Assembly: GCA_050300635.1 (NCBI GenBank)
Contig: JBNKYC010000016.1
Location: 12,337 to 76,336, forward strand
Reading direction: 5' to 3'
DNA length: 64,000 bases
Source of the DNA: Polyangiaceae bacterium
Lineage (GTDB): Bacteria; Myxococcota_A; Polyangia; Polyangiales; Polyangiaceae
Below are positions 18,898 through 28,422 of the stretch, piece after piece. Under the pieces are notes generated by a model that had not been told where the DNA came from, did not search any database, and was given only the letters and a program-made list of their open reading frames with translations. Numbering within the stretch: position 1 is the stretch's first letter; the number at the start of each line of letters is the position of its first letter. Made by a program: the position numbers and the translations under genes.

Positions 18898-20172
18898 CTA
18901 GGACCCCGCCGGAGCTAGTTCGACGAGAGAGCTCAATTGTTCGGCCTTCCATAAAGTCTCCTCCACCTCCTGAACGGGATCGCTGTCGGCAACGATCCCC
19001 CCTCCGGAATAATAGAGGGCTCGGCCGCCCTCAAAGATGAGGTTGCGGATAGCCATGGACAAGCGCAGCGTGCCCCGATTGGATACGTAACCCAGCGCGC
19101 CCGTATAAAGGCCCCTGCGATGCGCCTCGAGCTGTGCGATCAAATCCATGGCGCTCACTTTAGGAGCCCCGGTAACACTGCCGCTCGGACAAGTGGCCTG
19201 AAGCAGCGCCGACCAACTCGTGCCGCGGGGAAGCCGGGCCTCCACCTCGGCCTCGCGGTGCAAAACCGAGGGATAGCGGACGACGCGGGGAGGAAAGCTG
19301 AGGCGTACGCTGCCGACTTCGGCGATCTTGCCCAGGTCGTTGCGTTCCAAGTCGACCACCATGGTCAGCTCCGCTCGCTCCTTTTCCGACGCTTCCAGCT
19401 CAAACTCGGATTGCTCATCCAACGCATGGTCACCGCTCCTGGGGCGGGTCCCTTTGATGGGTCGTGTGCGCACTAACCCGCTCGCCTCGGCATGGATAAA
19501 GAGCTCAGGAGAAAGGCTGACAAGTCGGTGGGGCCCCCACTGCAGGGCGGCACCGAAAGGCGCCGGTCCTCGGAGCTGCAAAGCACTCAGTAGCTCGAAC
19601 ACGCTGCCCTCCGCTTCAAACTCGAATCGGCGTGCCAGATTGACCTGGTACAACTCTCCACGCCCGATCGCCTCGAGAGCAGAAAGGATCCGCGCTCGAT
19701 GAAGCTCGGCGCGCTCGGGGGGAGCCGCCCATCTGAGCCGCGCCTGGTCACCCCGCACTATAGTGCCCCCCCGCAAAGCGCCCACCAAAGTTTGGACTGC
19801 GCCCCTCGTCTCTCCCACCACTTGAGTCCGCCCGGCTTCGAGACGAGCGATGGCTGGAAACCTCTTCCAGATTGGCTGAGACCAGCTCGTCGGTGCACGT
19901 CTGTCCCCGCGAATTGGGGTGCTCCGCTCGAGACCACGAAAGCTCTCGTAGGGAAGAACCCCCACCCACTGCGGGACTTCGAGCGTCGAATCCGCGGCGC
20001 GACCACAACCCACTCCCCCTTCGGTTGGTTCGAGCTCGTGAGAGCTCTGCGCCGCAAAGGCCCCGCAAAAAGCCACGCCGGCCTCTCGATAGAAAAAAGC
20101 GTCGGGGAGCAAAGCGAGCCTGCGCTGCAACTCGTCGGGGGCGAGCTTCAGATCGACGATGATCTGGGTCAC
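18898..20172 (-). CDS. pabB: chorismate-binding enzyme (aminodeoxychorismate/anthranilate synthase component I-like)
   Basis: RPIKGTRPR, MVVDLERNDLGKI, PSGSVTGAPK and RGLYTGALGY. Confidence 0.75.
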   Translation of the reverse strand: MTQIIVDLKLAPDELQRRLALLPDAFFYREAGVAFCGAFAAQSSHELEPTEGGVGCGRAADSTLEVPQWVGVLPYESFRGLERSTPIRGDRRAPTSWSQPIWKRFPAIARLEAGRTQVVGETRGAVQTLVGALRGGTIVRGDQARLRWAAPPERAELHRARILSALEAIGRGELYQVNLARRFEFEAEGSVFELLSALQLRGPAPFGAALQWGPHRLVSLSPELFIHAEASGLVRTRPIKGTRPRSGDHALDEQSEFELEASEKERAELTMVVDLERNDLGKIAEVGSVRLSFPPRVVRYPSVLHREAEVEARLPRGTSWSALLQATCPSGSVTGAPKVSAMDLIAQLEAHRRGLYTGALGYVSNRGTLRLSMAIRNLIFEGGRALYYSGGGIVADSDPVQEVEETLWKAEQLSSLVELAPAGS

Positions 20173-20220
20173 CCCCGCGACTTAGTCGCCCAAGGGCATC
20201 CAAGCAACACGCCGAGTCGT

Positions 20221-21099
20221 TCAGAGTTGGATCACTCTCCCTTGCGGGGTCACGACGGCGCGATGCAGGGGCGCCTGCGCCTGGGCACCGGGCAATACAA
20301 CTGACTCTTCAACCACGCCCGCCCCGACAATGCGTGCGTCCTCACCCAAGACGGATGATCGGACTTCCACCCCGGACTCCCAGCGCGCGGACGGGGCCCG
20401 GATCGTACCCCCGCTTGAGCGCACGCACCTCAGATTGGCCTCCAAGTAGACACTCAACGAGCCGATATCCAAGAACTCACTCTCAACAAAGTGTGCCTCG
20501 ACCGACCGCAGAGCTCGGAGCTCGGGCAACGCCCAGTCGCCAATTAGACAGCCGTGCCGCGGCAAAGTCGAGAGGCAACGTGGCCCAAGGCGAGCCACTC
20601 CCATGTAGTCGCCCGAAGCGACTTCCTTCCCGAAAATCTCCCCCCGCAGTCGTACCACTCGTCCCTGTGAGTCCACCCCCACCGTTCCCTCACCGAGTCG
20701 TCGACGGACGACAGCCAACAGCATCCCGTCGCTAGCCTGCTCCAGAAGCGCGCTCAGAGGCAAGGAGCCAAAAATATCCCCGTTGACCACGACAAGAGAC
20801 TGAGCACGGCATAACTCGGCCGCCTGCCGCGCGCCTCCCGCTGTGCCCAAGATGCGTTCTTCTCGAGAAATGATTACAGAAGGAAAGGCCCCCTGCACAA
20901 GCGCCGCCACCTGCTCTGCGTTGTAGTGGACATTGACGGCCACAGGACCCACGCAAACCTCTCCGATACGGTCCAAAATATCGAGCACGAGAGGCCTGTT
21001 TCCGACCGGAACGGTGGGTTTAGCCATTTCGTCCGTCAGTGGAGCCAAACGGGTGCCAAAACCGGCAGCGAGAACCAAGGCAGCAGTAACCGGACCCAT
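20221..21099 (-). CDS. sugar-phosphate nucleotidyltransferase with C-terminal hexapeptide-repeat region
   Basis: LVLAAGFGTRLAPLTDEMAKPTVPV is the NTP-transferase signature. The ATG at 21099 (MGPVTAALVLAAG) is preferred to the 21240 ORF start. Confidence 0.7.
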   Translation of the reverse strand: MGPVTAALVLAAGFGTRLAPLTDEMAKPTVPVGNRPLVLDILDRIGEVCVGPVAVNVHYNAEQVAALVQGAFPSVIISREERILGTAGGARQAAELCRAQSLVVVNGDIFGSLPLSALLEQASDGMLLAVVRRRLGEGTVGVDSQGRVVRLRGEIFGKEVASGDYMGVARLGPRCLSTLPRHGCLIGDWALPELRALRSVEAHFVESEFLDIGSLSVYLEANLRCVRSSGGTIRAPSARWESGVEVRSSVLGEDARIVGAGVVEESVVLPGAQAQAPLHRAVVTPQGRVIQL

Positions 21100-21230
21100 C
21101 GGACGAATCTGACAAAAGGGGACGACGAGGACAAATTCCTTGAGTCCGAGCCGCCGGACGCCGGGGTCGATCGGGATTGATTCACCCGAAAATTCGTGCG
21201 GACGCGACAGTTCGTGATAACGGCTGAGCG

Positions 21231-21701
21231 ATGCGCGCAACGAGTCCTTCTAGGCGGACCTCCGCTCTTGTCACGATTCAGTTAGTGGCCCTCGGGCACT
21301 TTTTCGGTTTGACAGGAGGATGCAGCACCGACGCAATCGCCATCCAACAATGTCGCGAAGTCGAATTCTTACGTTGCGAGGCCTCGGTGAGCTGCGGGAT
21401 CGTCGACGCCGACGAAGTCGACAGCTGCAAGAGGTTTTACGATCATCACTGCTTGCACGGTATCGCGGGGCCCGAAGAGCCCAGCGCCGATGAACAAGAA
21501 ACCTGCCTGGCGCACATCGAAGACGCGTGGGACGCAGCCGAGAAAACGCGGGACGACGAGGACGAAGACGTCGTCGAAGAGCACGAGGCCGCCTGCGCCG
21601 TGATCGCCGCACCCTGGGACGATGAAGAATGCGACTATCTCGAAAAAACTGAGGCGGCCGGAGGCGCGAGTTCCGAATCCGAGGAAGAAAAAGACAAATG
21701 A
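21231..21701 (+). CDS. acidic Cys-rich lipoprotein, hypothetical
   Basis: Signal peptide with lipobox LTGGC, 10 Cys and a D/E-rich C-terminus. Confidence 0.5.
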   Translation: MRATSPSRRTSALVTIQLVALGHFFGLTGGCSTDAIAIQQCREVEFLRCEASVSCGIVDADEVDSCKRFYDHHCLHGIAGPEEPSADEQETCLAHIEDAWDAAEKTRDDEDEDVVEEHEAACAVIAAPWDDEECDYLEKTEAAGGASSESEEEKDK

Positions 21702-22228
21702 AGCAGCCGTCAGCTCGTCAGCTTTCCTTTATCGTTTGCGCGCTCGCGACTGCTTGTGGCGGCGCACCGAAAGAGGCAGCTCCAGTCAAACGGCTCAGCG
21801 CGGCGGATGAAATCACTCGCATCGCCACCGAGTGGATGTCGGTCGTGCCCGCGCAGGGATTGCTCTCTCCTCCCAGCAAGATCAGTACCTTCAAGAACAG
21901 CCGCGCGAGCAAGATCGTGCTCGGGGCGCATTCCGCAACCGAGACTCTAACGATCGAAGAAAAACTTCAACTCCGAACCGGCGAGAGAGTCAGCTGCTCC
22001 ACTCAGGTGCAGCTCGAACTTAGGGTGCGGTACGGTCGCCGAGGTGGCGAGGCCGCGGTCGAACTAACGAGGCCGCCCCTAACAGTTCCCCGTTCCTGCC
22101 AAGGGTTTCACCCTGAGGGCTCCCTCAACGAACCCGAACGGAGCGCGCTTTTCGTATTGCGAGCTGACACTTTAGTCGCCCTCGAGCCACCTCTCGAAAA
22201 GCGAAAATACCTACCGGGAACCAAGTAA
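21698..22228 (+). CDS. hypothetical lipoprotein
   Basis: Lipobox LATAC. ATGA overlap with the upstream gene. Confidence 0.5.
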   Translation: MKQPSARQLSFIVCALATACGGAPKEAAPVKRLSAADEITRIATEWMSVVPAQGLLSPPSKISTFKNSRASKIVLGAHSATETLTIEEKLQLRTGERVSCSTQVQLELRVRYGRRGGEAAVELTRPPLTVPRSCQGFHPEGSLNEPERSALFVLRADTLVALEPPLEKRKYLPGTK

Positions 22229-22286
22229 ATCGGTCTGATCCCCTGCCGGCTTGTCAACAATCACTGGCGACTGCTAGTCCCCCGCC

Positions 22287-23192
22287 ATGCGGATCCGCGT
22301 CCTGGTCATATCGGCCCTCTTCGTCTGGGGCTGCAATCGCAGTAGCAGCGAAACCATCAGTCAAACTCACGTGACACGAATCGTGGTGAGTCCCGACGAG
22401 TTTCTCGGCGAAGTCAGTTGCGGCCTTCCCGGCGGAATGGAGAGCTACCAGGCCACGCTCTACGACGTCACCGAGGGACTGGGACGGGCGTTTCAGCTTC
22501 CGAGCTCGAAAGTGGTCAGCTGCCGCTCGAACGTCAATTTTGAGCGAGTGCTCGAACGTCACAGCTATATCGCGACCATCGTTGGCTTTGACCGCAGCGG
22601 CTACAAGAGCCAAAATCCAGGCTCTCCGATTGTGGTCGACGAAAACGGCAAGAGCGTCGCTCCCCAGTTTCGCGGTACCTGTTGGGGAAGCGACGAAGCC
22701 CGGGACGAATACGCAGCGGGCGGAGCCGGCCCCGTCGTGGACGGACAGGGAGGCATCACCGGGGCGGACAACTTGGGCGCAGTCGCCTATTACAGAACCG
22801 AGATCTTAGTCCGGGGATGCACCCCCCTCGAAGTCGACAAAGAGCCAGACCCCACCGCGATCGAATTCGATCTCAGCCCCAGCTTACAGGGCTTGGAATG
22901 TGGCCACGACGCAGGCCAGGTCCAAGGCTTCGAGATTCGGGTCATCGAGTCAGAAACCGGCGCCCAAGGAGGTGCCGGCGGATCGGGCGGAGCAGAGGCG
23001 GAAGACAGCCAACAGGTCGCCTGTGGCGAATCCCTGATTTGGGAAGACTGGCCCCAAGACGAACGCCTCGGCTTCGAAGTTTTGGCCCTGGACGGCGCCA
23101 CGAGCTCGCCGGCTTGGAGCACGACTTGCAGCGCAACAACCCAACCGAATGTCACAGTTTCGGCGAGCTGCGGCAGCTTTTTGGAGCTCTAG
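22287..23192 (+). CDS. hypothetical lipoprotein
   Basis: MRIRVLVISALFVWGC signal/lipobox, in a 301-aa ORF. Confidence 0.5.
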   Translation: MRIRVLVISALFVWGCNRSSSETISQTHVTRIVVSPDEFLGEVSCGLPGGMESYQATLYDVTEGLGRAFQLPSSKVVSCRSNVNFERVLERHSYIATIVGFDRSGYKSQNPGSPIVVDENGKSVAPQFRGTCWGSDEARDEYAAGGAGPVVDGQGGITGADNLGAVAYYRTEILVRGCTPLEVDKEPDPTAIEFDLSPSLQGLECGHDAGQVQGFEIRVIESETGAQGGAGGSGGAEAEDSQQVACGESLIWEDWPQDERLGFEVLALDGATSSPAWSTTCSATTQPNVTVSASCGSFLEL

Positions 23193-23235
23193 CGCCAAAG
23201 CAGCTCCTGGCGGGGCTCGACTTGGGCCCTTTTCA

Positions 23236-24063
23236 ATGAAAGGCTATCGAGCAGGTCTTTGGATGCAGTCCTCCCAGCAAATGAACTTTCCCGTTCCGGG
23301 CCGTGTACTTAAGACAGTTCTTGGTGGACTGTTCGCGGTCTGGCTCGTTTTGGCCCTAGCGATCAACTGGGGGGGAGCCTCCGAGGAGGCGTTCTGGAGG
23401 TGGACAGGCAACTCGGATGCGATCGCACGAGGCGAAGTCTGGCGCCTGGTGACGGCGATGGTCATGCACCTGCCAAGCGGATCCATCGGTCACATCCTCG
23501 GATCAATGATCGGGCTCTATTTTTTGGGCTCGTCGCTCGAAAAAGCCTGGGGACAAAAGCGTTTCGCTTGGTTCCTTTTTTGGACAGGAGTCCTGTCTTA
23601 TTCGCTCCAGTTCGCCGCATCGTTGGTGCTCGCGCCATCATTGATGGCCAGCTTGGCCTATGACAACTACTTCGGCGCCACGCCCGTCATCTATGCCGTG
23701 GCGATTGCCTGGGCTTCGTCCTTCAAAGGGCAGAAGGTCATGCTCATGTTTGTTCTGCCTGTGTCTTCGCGTGCCCTGATCTGGATCACAGTGGGGGTTG
23801 GATTGATGCTATTGATCGCTGGCGGTAAGACCCCATCAGGCCACATTGCCAGTTTCGCGGGTATGGGATTTGGCTATCTGCTGGGCGGAGGCTCCCCTTC
23901 CCCGCTTCGTAGAGCGTTGCTCAAGTACAAGCTGGCTAACCTAGAAAGACGGGTTCAGAGCGAGCGCAGGAGTCGACGGCGCAGCGCCTCGCGGTCGGGC
24001 TTGAAAGTGATTACCGGAGGACGCGATGAAAGCGACCCCGGAAAGAACGGAATGCTGCACTGA
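23236..24063 (+). CDS. rhomboid-family membrane protein (GxSG replaced by GATP)
   Basis: VWRLVTAMVMH, HILGSMIGLYFLG and GHIASFAGMGFGYLLG match the rhomboid TM2/TM6 blocks. The TM4 block reads FGATPVIYAV. ATG at 23236. Confidence 0.75.
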   Translation: MKGYRAGLWMQSSQQMNFPVPGRVLKTVLGGLFAVWLVLALAINWGGASEEAFWRWTGNSDAIARGEVWRLVTAMVMHLPSGSIGHILGSMIGLYFLGSSLEKAWGQKRFAWFLFWTGVLSYSLQFAASLVLAPSLMASLAYDNYFGATPVIYAVAIAWASSFKGQKVMLMFVLPVSSRALIWITVGVGLMLLIAGGKTPSGHIASFAGMGFGYLLGGGSPSPLRRALLKYKLANLERRVQSERRSRRRSASRSGLKVITGGRDESDPGKNGMLH

Positions 24064-24102
24064 GATGCGAGCCGCCAAGGCTTGTGATAGCCAACAACCT
24101 CA

Positions 24103-24669
24103 ATGAGGACCCTGCTCAGCACCGAGGATGCCGCCCGCGGATTGCGTCGCTTGGCCGGCGAAATAGTTGAACGCCATCGCGGCGTCGAGCAATTGATCCT
24201 GGTCGGGATTCGGCGGGGAGGCGTACCTCTCGCCGAATGGCTCGCACGCGAACTCGAGGAACAAACTGGCCTACGCCCGCCAGTCGGGAGTGTCGACATC
24301 ACGCTTTACCGCGACGACGCCGCCGAGGCACTTCCCAACCCCAGAATCGGCCCCACCAAGATCCCTCTCGAGCTCAAGGGCTATCGCGTCGTGCTCTGCG
24401 ACGATGTGCTTTTCACGGGGCGGACGATTCGAGCAGCTATCGATGCTCTTTTCGACTATGGACGCCCCGCCAAGGTGGAGCTGGCCGTCATCATCGATAG
24501 AGAGGGCCGAGAACTGCCGATTCAAGCGGACTACCTAGTGAGAAAGATCGAAGCTTCGTTTTCGGAGCGTGTTGACGTCATCGCCACCGACGAAGGCTTT
24601 CGAGCCGTCGCGGTTGCCCAAGGCTCCCCCACCACGCCTCCCCCAGCCGTGAGCGAGAATAACCCATGA
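24103..24669 (+). CDS. pyrR: pyrimidine operon regulator / uracil phosphoribosyltransferase
   Basis: [19 protein letters not shown] and [17 protein letters not shown]. Confidence 0.9.
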   Translation: MRTLLSTEDAARGLRRLAGEIVERHRGVEQLILVGIRRGGVPLAEWLARELEEQTGLRPPVGSVDITLYRDDAAEALPNPRIGPTKIPLELKGYRVVLCDDVLFTGRTIRAAIDALFDYGRPAKVELAVIIDREGRELPIQADYLVRKIEASFSERVDVIATDEGFRAVAVAQGSPTTPPPAVSENNP

Positions 24670-25607
24670 AAGACGTTCGCCTTCGCCACCTGCTCGGCAT
24701 CGAAGAGCTCGATGCGCAAACCGCTGTTCATATTCTCGACACCGCAGAAAGCTTCTTGGAAGTCACTCGTCGCCCGGTGCGCAAAGTGCCGACCTTGCGA
24801 GGGAAGACGATTCTGAACGTTTTTTTCGAAAACTCGACCCGCACTCGCACCAGCTTCGAGCTCGCCGGAAAGAGGATGGGGGCCGATGTGGTCAACATGA
24901 GCGCGAGCTCTTCGAGTACGAAGAAGGGCGAGACGCTCTACGATACAATGGCGACCCTCGACGCAATGCACGCCGACGTGGTTGTGATTCGCCATGGCGC
25001 CTCTGGCGCTCCTCACTTGGTCGCGCAACGCAGCCGAGCCTCGGTCGTCAATGCCGGAGACGGGATGCACGAGCACCCCACCCAGGCTCTGCTCGATGCT
25101 TTCACGATGCGCAAACATCTGGGCAGTAACCTGGAAGGCAAAGTTGTCGCGATCTGCGGAGACATCCTTCATAGCCGCGTAGCTCGCTCCAATGCCCTCC
25201 TGCTCAAAAAACTCGGAGCTCGGGTTCGTCTGGCTGGCCCCCAGACCATGTTGCCGCACCGCTCAGCAGATCTCGGTTGGGACGTCTACAATCGCCTGGA
25301 GCCGGCCCTTGAAGGCGCCGATGTCGTCATGATGCTCCGCATACAAATGGAACGACTCGGCGCACCTCTCTTCCCCTCGACGCGGGAGTACGCCCGCGTC
25401 TGGGGACTCAACGAAAGCCGACTCGCCCTAGCGAGCCCCGACGCCATCGTCATGCACCCAGGCCCACTCAACCGCGGCGTGGAAATCCACGAAGATATCG
25501 CCGACGGCGACCGCGCGGTGATTCTCAACCAAGTCGAAGCGGGTGTGGCTGTCCGAATGGCCGTGCTCTATCTCTGCGCAGCTGAAGTCGGAGAAGCGAT
25601 AACCTAG
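24666..25607 (+). CDS. pyrB: aspartate carbamoyltransferase catalytic subunit
   Basis: [23 protein letters not shown] and [15 protein letters not shown] overlap with pyrR. Confidence 0.95.
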   Translation: MKDVRLRHLLGIEELDAQTAVHILDTAESFLEVTRRPVRKVPTLRGKTILNVFFENSTRTRTSFELAGKRMGADVVNMSASSSSTKKGETLYDTMATLDAMHADVVVIRHGASGAPHLVAQRSRASVVNAGDGMHEHPTQALLDAFTMRKHLGSNLEGKVVAICGDILHSRVARSNALLLKKLGARVRLAGPQTMLPHRSADLGWDVYNRLEPALEGADVVMMLRIQMERLGAPLFPSTREYARVWGLNESRLALASPDAIVMHPGPLNRGVEIHEDIADGDRAVILNQVEAGVAVRMAVLYLCAAEVGEAIT

Positions 25608-26002
25608 GCCCGACGCGACTTGGTGCGTTCTTGGTGCGTTTCCTCGCAGGCGGCCAGCCACCACAAGGCCGCGTCGAGGTCGTAAAACGGTTTCATTCGC
25701 TGACCGCTTGCGAGCGCCATGGCAGAAACGACCAGGTGCCAGAGTGTTTTTTGGGTCACGACCGCAACCGCGCCGATATCCCTCTTGTGAGCGCGGTTCC
25801 AGTCGATGAACAGCTGTCTCGCCTCGGGGGTGTAATCGACCATGCCAAGGCAATCGACAAGCAGCAACCGATCTTGCCCCGGGCGGATGCACCCCCCCAA
25901 CTGACGTGCCAGACCGAAATCGTTGACCGCGCCGACGAGGTTGATCCGCACATAGTCGACCTCAGGCTGCTCAACTTGGCTCGCTAATTCCTGTCCCCTC
26001 AC
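25604..26002 (-). CDS. SpoIIAA/STAS-like small protein (tentative)
   Basis: 132-aa ORF. The [24 protein letters not shown] block is reminiscent of the STAS_2 family. Weak assignment. Confidence 0.4.
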   Translation of the reverse strand: MRGQELASQVEQPEVDYVRINLVGAVNDFGLARQLGGCIRPGQDRLLLVDCLGMVDYTPEARQLFIDWNRAHKRDIGAVAVVTQKTLWHLVVSAMALASGQRMKPFYDLDAALWWLAACEETHQERTKSRRA

Positions 26003-26173
26003 AAATACAACCTATAGGGTTGCGACAATGCGGCGGCTAGACGTCAAACGCCTATAGCGGAAAAGAAGTGACGAAAGTATCTACACTCGCCCACCTGACG
26101 AATTCTGACGGACAGAAGACTGCCCAACATCAGACTCACCTCATTTCAGTTTCGTAAGGCTCAGCCTTAAAAC

Positions 26174-27034
26174 TCAGCCGACAACGAGATCGATTTGTTC
26201 GACCTCGGGCGTATGCTGGCCTAGAAAAAGGTCAGCTACCGCTTGAAATCCCGTCGGCTGATCCGTAACCAAAAGCTCAAGTTGAGCGCCTGGGGCTCCA
26301 GGTGGTGCAGGTGGGATGGTGTTTCGAGCCAGCATTTCTACAACCGAAAGAGCTGTCGCCTCGGCGCTGTCCACAACCGGGATGTCTCTACCAGTCAACT
26401 CCGCCAGCACCTGTCGAACCAAAGGCCTGAGCAGAGGATAGTGTGTGCACCCCAACACGAAAACCCCTGCGCCTTGTTCGAGCAGGGGGGTCACGTAGCG
26501 TTCGATAGCCAGGCGTGGCACGTCGCCCTCGAGCCATCCTTCTTCCACCAGAGGGACCAAAAGCGGAGCCGACTGCGCAACCACTTCGAAACGTGTCGAT
26601 AGTTGTTGGACGTGTCGAGAGTAGGCGCCCGAACGCACGGTACCTGCCGTACCCAAAACGCCAATCTTAGGAGGAGGCCCACCCGTGCGCTCCGCCTCCC
26701 GCTCGGCGGCGGCCACCGCCGCCTGGGCCCCCGGGTGCACCACCCCAATCACGGGCATATCGAGCTCAGCTCGGAGCAAGTCCAGAGCCACAGCGCTCAC
26801 CGTATTGCAAGCAATCACAAGCGCCTTCACCCCTCGCTCGGTCAGCACCGAGGCGCAGGCGCGAGCGTAGCGGATCACCGTCGAAGCCGAGCGCGTTCCA
26901 TAAGGAACGCGTGCTGTATCCCCCAGATAGATGATGGACTCGTTCGGAATCGAATCCCTGAGGGCGTGCACGACTGTGAGCCCTCCGAGCCCCGAATCGA
27001 ACACCCCCAGAGGTAGACGACTCACTTCAGACAT
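26174..27034 (-). CDS. murI: glutamate racemase
   Basis: GVFDSGLGGLTV, VIACNTVS and GCTHYPLL. ATG at 27034 overlaps the hom stop by 8 nt. Confidence 0.9.
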   Translation of the reverse strand: MSEVSRLPLGVFDSGLGGLTVVHALRDSIPNESIIYLGDTARVPYGTRSASTVIRYARACASVLTERGVKALVIACNTVSAVALDLLRAELDMPVIGVVHPGAQAAVAAAEREAERTGGPPPKIGVLGTAGTVRSGAYSRHVQQLSTRFEVVAQSAPLLVPLVEEGWLEGDVPRLAIERYVTPLLEQGAGVFVLGCTHYPLLRPLVRQVLAELTGRDIPVVDSAEATALSVVEMLARNTIPPAPPGAPGAQLELLVTDQPTGFQAVADLFLGQHTPEVEQIDLVVG

Positions 27035-28358
27035 CCTCGATTCGAATGAATCGAGGCTCGCCGACCAGCACATTCGAAGACCGAAGTGCTTCTAAGGCTT
27101 GCACGAGCTCACCTTCGTTGCATCGATAGGTCAACATGAGAAGCGTGGCTGACTCGGCCGCGTCCTCTTGAACCATCTTTTCGATGCTGACTTTGAAACG
27201 CCCCAAAGCTCCCGCGATTTCAGCGAGGACGCCCGCCGAGTTCTTGACGTCAAAACGCAGGTAGTAGCGCGACTCAAGCTGACTGAGCGGTTGCAGTTTC
27301 CGTTCGCGGGGACGAATGGCGCGCGTGGAAAGGCCACGGTGACCTTCAATACGCGAACACGCCACATCGGCGAGATCGGCTACAACGCTCACGGCCGTCG
27401 GCAAGTCTCCGGCTCCTCGTCCTACGATGATGCAAGGGCCGAGACCGCGGCCGCGTACCAGGACGCAGTTGAGCACATCATCGATGTTCGCCAAGACACT
27501 CGACTTGGGAATAAAGGTGGGATGAGTGTGCAGGGAAACCTCATGGCCCAGATCGCGAGCAACAGCCAGATGCTTGATGGTGTAGCCAAAGCGATCGGCC
27601 GCCTTGAAGTCGGTGGTATCTATTTTCGTGATGCCTTCCACCGGAGAAGCGTCTGCGCCAAAGTTCGAGCCAAAAGCAAGCATGCTGCAGATGATGAGCT
27701 TCTGTGCAGCATCATGGCCCTCGATGTCCAAGGTCGGATCGGCCTCGGCATAACCGAGCTGCTGCGCCTCATAAAGAGCTTGTCTAAAGTCAACGCCCGC
27801 CGAACGCATGCGGGTCAAAATGTAGTTGCAGGTCCCGTTGAGGATCCCAACAACGGACTCGATCTTGTCGCCGGTTAGAGCCTCGCGCAAAGTGCGAATG
27901 ATGGGGATACCGCCGCCAACCGAAGCTTCAAAAGCCAAGTCGACTTCTTGCTCCGCAGCCCGCTTGAGCAGGGCGGGACCGTGTGTGGCCATCAAGAATT
28001 TATTGGCCGTCACAACCGTGAGACCGCGATCAATCGCTCTTTCGATGTAGGTCTTCGCGGGCTCGGCTCCGCCCATCAGCTCTAGGACGACATCGACTTC
28101 GGGGTCGTTGAAGATCTTGTCGGGGTCGGTGGTCAGCCATTCTCTCTTGCAGTCTGCAACACGCTGTCGTTTGAGGTCGCGCACCAAGACATGCCGAACC
28201 TCTAGGGGAGCTCCCACCTTCTGAGTCAGAGAGTCATGATTTTCGCGCAACAAGCGGAGCACGCCTCCACCAACAGTGCCGCAACCGAGCAGGGCAATCT
28301 TGACCGGAGGGTTAGCGGCTAAATCGGCGCTTCGCAGAGACAATTCACGATCATTCAC
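27027..28358 (-). CDS. hom: homoserine dehydrogenase with C-terminal ACT domain
   Basis: KIALLGCGTVGGGV, VVTANK and GILNGTCNYILT. Confidence 0.9.
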   Translation of the reverse strand: MNDRELSLRSADLAANPPVKIALLGCGTVGGGVLRLLRENHDSLTQKVGAPLEVRHVLVRDLKRQRVADCKREWLTTDPDKIFNDPEVDVVLELMGGAEPAKTYIERAIDRGLTVVTANKFLMATHGPALLKRAAEQEVDLAFEASVGGGIPIIRTLREALTGDKIESVVGILNGTCNYILTRMRSAGVDFRQALYEAQQLGYAEADPTLDIEGHDAAQKLIICSMLAFGSNFGADASPVEGITKIDTTDFKAADRFGYTIKHLAVARDLGHEVSLHTHPTFIPKSSVLANIDDVLNCVLVRGRGLGPCIIVGRGAGDLPTAVSVVADLADVACSRIEGHRGLSTRAIRPRERKLQPLSQLESRYYLRFDVKNSAGVLAEIAGALGRFKVSIEKMVQEDAAESATLLMLTYRCNEGELVQALEALRSSNVLVGEPRFIRIEDV

Positions 28359-28422
28359 GCCCCCCCTCTAGCCTGAGCGACGGAGCATCTCAACCTGCTG
28401 GGATTGAGCTAGCTTGGACGCC

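Noticed and set aside
24531-25259. 242-aa minus-strand ORF, plus similar ORFs at 27168-27878, 40490-41338, 46115-46807 and 61412-62197
   Set aside because: All are antisense or alternative frames of confidently identified genes (pyrB, hom, the FAD oxidase, the BatA-like gene and the FHA genes).
25604-25607. CTAG shared as the stop codon by convergent pyrB and the STAS-like ORF
   Set aside because: This is a real overlap, but it is a trivial consequence of the palindromic CTAG. There is no evidence of functional significance.
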